From Promethearchaeota archaeon (GTDB taxonomy: Archaea > Asgardarchaeota > Lokiarchaeia > Sigyniarchaeales > SOKP01), in assembly GCA_048940645.1 (NCBI GenBank), contig JBHLOI010000032.1, positions 1-41,915 on the forward strand: a stretch of 41,915 bases of DNA, read 5' to 3'. This document shows, in pieces, positions 39,872 to 41,915 of this stretch (positions are counted from its first letter, which is position 1; the number at the start of each line of letters is the position of its first letter). The notes beneath the pieces were generated by a model, which was not told the DNA's origin, did no database searches, and saw nothing but the letters and a program-made list of their open reading frames with translations. Position numbers and translations under genes: made by a program.

Positions 39872-40915
39872 CTATGAATTTTGGGGTAGGTTTGATTTTA
39901 ATTTCTCAGCTTTTTTACAAAATTCTTTATAAAGATTGAAATCACCCATCTCATAACAGAGATCCGATATTTGTTCAAATAAAGTCGCAGTTTGATCAAT
40001 TTCTCCATTTTCTAAGGCTTTTTTTGCTTTATCAATTAATTTATCACGTTCAAAAAGTGGTTTTAATAAAGGAGAAATTTCAGTATTTATTTCTAATATA
40101 TCTGCAATAATTTGAATCATTTTATTGCGATTGTTTGAATTAATTGCAACCATAGAATAAGTCTTCAATCCTAATTTATTTTCAATTTTTTCAATGTTTA
40201 AAGCTTCGGTTAAATCTTGTTTATTTCCGATGGCTGCTGAGTGTGCATGTGGTACCTGTTCTTTAATCAGTTCAACAAAAAATCTGCTTTTTTCAACGTT
40301 TTCTAGAGAAGAATCCGTTATTAAAAGAACAGCATCACTTCCATTAATAAAATCATTCCATAAATAGCTAAATTGTTCTTGACCTGCAAAATCCCATAAA
40401 TGGAAATAAAGCTTGCCAATTTTTATTGTTGATACTTTTCCTGTAATTGTAGGGACATGTACATCAGGAATTTCTTCAGAACGTATTAATTTAGTTATAG
40501 TTGTTTTTCCAACCCCAGAAAATCCAATTAATGAAATTTTTGTTTTTATATTCCGATATATTGAATCAATAAATGGATCTAATATCTGTAGTAGCGTTGG
40601 ATCGATTGTATCAATATTATCTCCAAATGTTTCTAAAAACTCTTTCTTTAATTTTTTTAAGTCTGTTTTAAGCTGGTTTTCACTATCATTTAAGCCAGTA
40701 ATAAACATAAAAATCAGTCTTAAATTAGTTTCTGATGAATATACTATTTTATACTTAAAAAAATAATAACTTCCGAATTCTGTTCCACCCCCTAGAAATG
40801 CTTCCTTAGCAATCTCTTGATATATATTCTGAAAATTTTCTGGGCTTAAAGCTTTTCCAAAGTTTTTTTCATATAAAACTTTGCCATCGTTAATTATATA
40901 GATTTGCCTTAACAT
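39872..40915 (-). CDS. longin-domain small GTPase (Arf/Rab-like G domain)
   Basis: N-terminal MLRQIYII..G..LY longin-like domain; GFSGVGKT, PTIT, WDFAGQ, NKQD; C-terminal helical hairpin. Confidence 0.88.
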   Translation of the reverse strand: MLRQIYIINDGKVLYEKNFGKALSPENFQNIYQEIAKEAFLGGGTEFGSYYFFKYKIVYSSETNLRLIFMFITGLNDSENQLKTDLKKLKKEFLETFGDNIDTIDPTLLQILDPFIDSIYRNIKTKISLIGFSGVGKTTITKLIRSEEIPDVHVPTITGKVSTIKIGKLYFHLWDFAGQEQFSYLWNDFINGSDAVLLITDSSLENVEKSRFFVELIKEQVPHAHSAAIGNKQDLTEALNIEKIENKLGLKTYSMVAINSNNRNKMIQIIADILEINTEISPLLKPLFERDKLIDKAKKALENGEIDQTATLFEQISDLCYEMGDFNLYKEFCKKAEKLKSNLPQNS

Positions 40916-41395
40916 ACTTTACATCATAAGATTTTTTTTAATTATAAAAAAAGTCTTTCCTAGTGTTATTTTTTAAAAAGTAACTAATTTTCTGACGTTT
41001 TCCTTGATATCTCAATCTAAGTTTTTATATTTAAATCTTTTTAAATAAAAACAATAGGGAGTAACCTAATAAATTTAAAAAATTTGAGTTATCAACTAAA
41101 TTTATATAATCAAAGTTTAAATTAACTAAATCTTTGGAATCAAGATGTTGCTTAAAAACCATTTTACATATAACTTCTTAAAAATTTAAAAATGAAATTT
41201 AATAACCAGAGTGTCGATTTGTACTCACATAATAAAAGTTTACTTTTTACTTGTTAAGTCTTACGTCTTGTTTGTTAATACAAATTTAATATATGTAACT
41301 TTTGTATGATAAAAAGTTAAATACGAAAGTTGGTATTAATAAAGTTAAAAAATCTAAATTTTAAGAAAAACTTTTCAAAAAATGGTAATGAATAA

Positions 41396-41915
41396 ATGAA
41401 TACTATAACAAAACGAAAATCGATATACTGTCTTGTAATTTTACTAATACTTCTGACACCAGCTTTTATTGCTACATTCTTAACGGATACAACTAATGTT
41501 AAAGAAAGTATAGACTCAACTATAGATGATAATGTCAGTAGGGGTGATGATGTTAGTAGAGACTACTTTTCTCCTAAATCTTCTGATGTAATTCATCAAA
41601 ATGATAAATATGATTTAGCATTATGGTGGAATAAAACTTTCCGATTTCGTGTTGGTTTTATCTTAGAAGAAGAAGATAATGTTGATAGATATCAGCCAAT
41701 TGATATATACTTCACATTTCGAGAAAATGAACACTATGAAAACACTGAAAGATTAGTAATATTTAATGCCACGGGTAATGATGAATGGAGCAATCCTATT
41801 CCAATGCAAATGTGGAATATTACAAAATATGATGCATTTTTCATAAAATCATGTACGATAACCTTTATTGCTGATGTTCCAGCAGGAACAAATAAAACAT
41901 ATTTTCTATATTATA
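41396..41915 (+). CDS. second surface protein with DUF2341-like N-terminal domain (runs off the window)
   Basis: Not in the ORF track; ATG 41396, MNTITKRKSIYCLVILLILL signal, WWNKTFRFRV...KTYFLYY, open to the window end. Confidence 0.8.
   Translation, partial: MNTITKRKSIYCLVILLILLTPAFIATFLTDTTNVKESIDSTIDDNVSRGDDVSRDYFSPKSSDVIHQNDKYDLALWWNKTFRFRVGFILEEEDNVDRYQPIDIYFTFRENEHYENTERLVIFNATGNDEWSNPIPMQMWNITKYDAFFIKSCTITFIADVPAGTNKTYFLYY

Noticed and set aside
595-40766. Short antisense or overlapping ORFs in the track (e.g. 595-798, 1197-1490, 7035-7364, 12815-13129, 28550-28771, 34984-35265, 40413-40766)
   Set aside because: They are shadows of well-supported genes and have no motifs of their own
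41230-41350. Recurrent AAAGTT hexamers in the divergent promoter
   Set aside because: Irregular spacing; expected by chance at this AT content
41525-41560. Imperfect 18-bp tandem repeat (DDNVSR/GDDVSR)
   Set aside because: Two copies within a coding linker; unremarkable
1-41915. CRISPR array, rRNA, transposase or integrase
   Set aside because: No regularly spaced repeats, no long GC-rich structural RNA other than the tRNA, and no recombinase motifs seen

Overview
AT-rich archaeal chromosome segment, most likely from a Lokiarchaeia (Asgard) genome. The evidence is a Rag-like roadblock GTPase, a longin-fused small GTPase, ribosomal protein eS25, an intron-containing tRNA and large surface proteins. 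The window holds about 33 CDS, one tRNA-Ser(CGA) and a ~2.1 kb decayed island integrated at that tRNA. Most notable: (1) a DUF2284 / corrinoid protein / RACo cluster followed by an acyl-CoA-ligase-like protein with an N-terminal AbrB-like domain and no A10 catalytic Lys, with a shared TTTAC-N4-GTAAA palindrome at three promoters; (2) a giant membrane-anchored surface protein translationally coupled to a uDENN/longin + winged-helix (NPRL2-like) protein, facing a longin-GTPase; (3) a Bud23/WBSCR22-like methyltransferase divergent from eS25. All family calls come from motif recognition by eye; no database searches were run.
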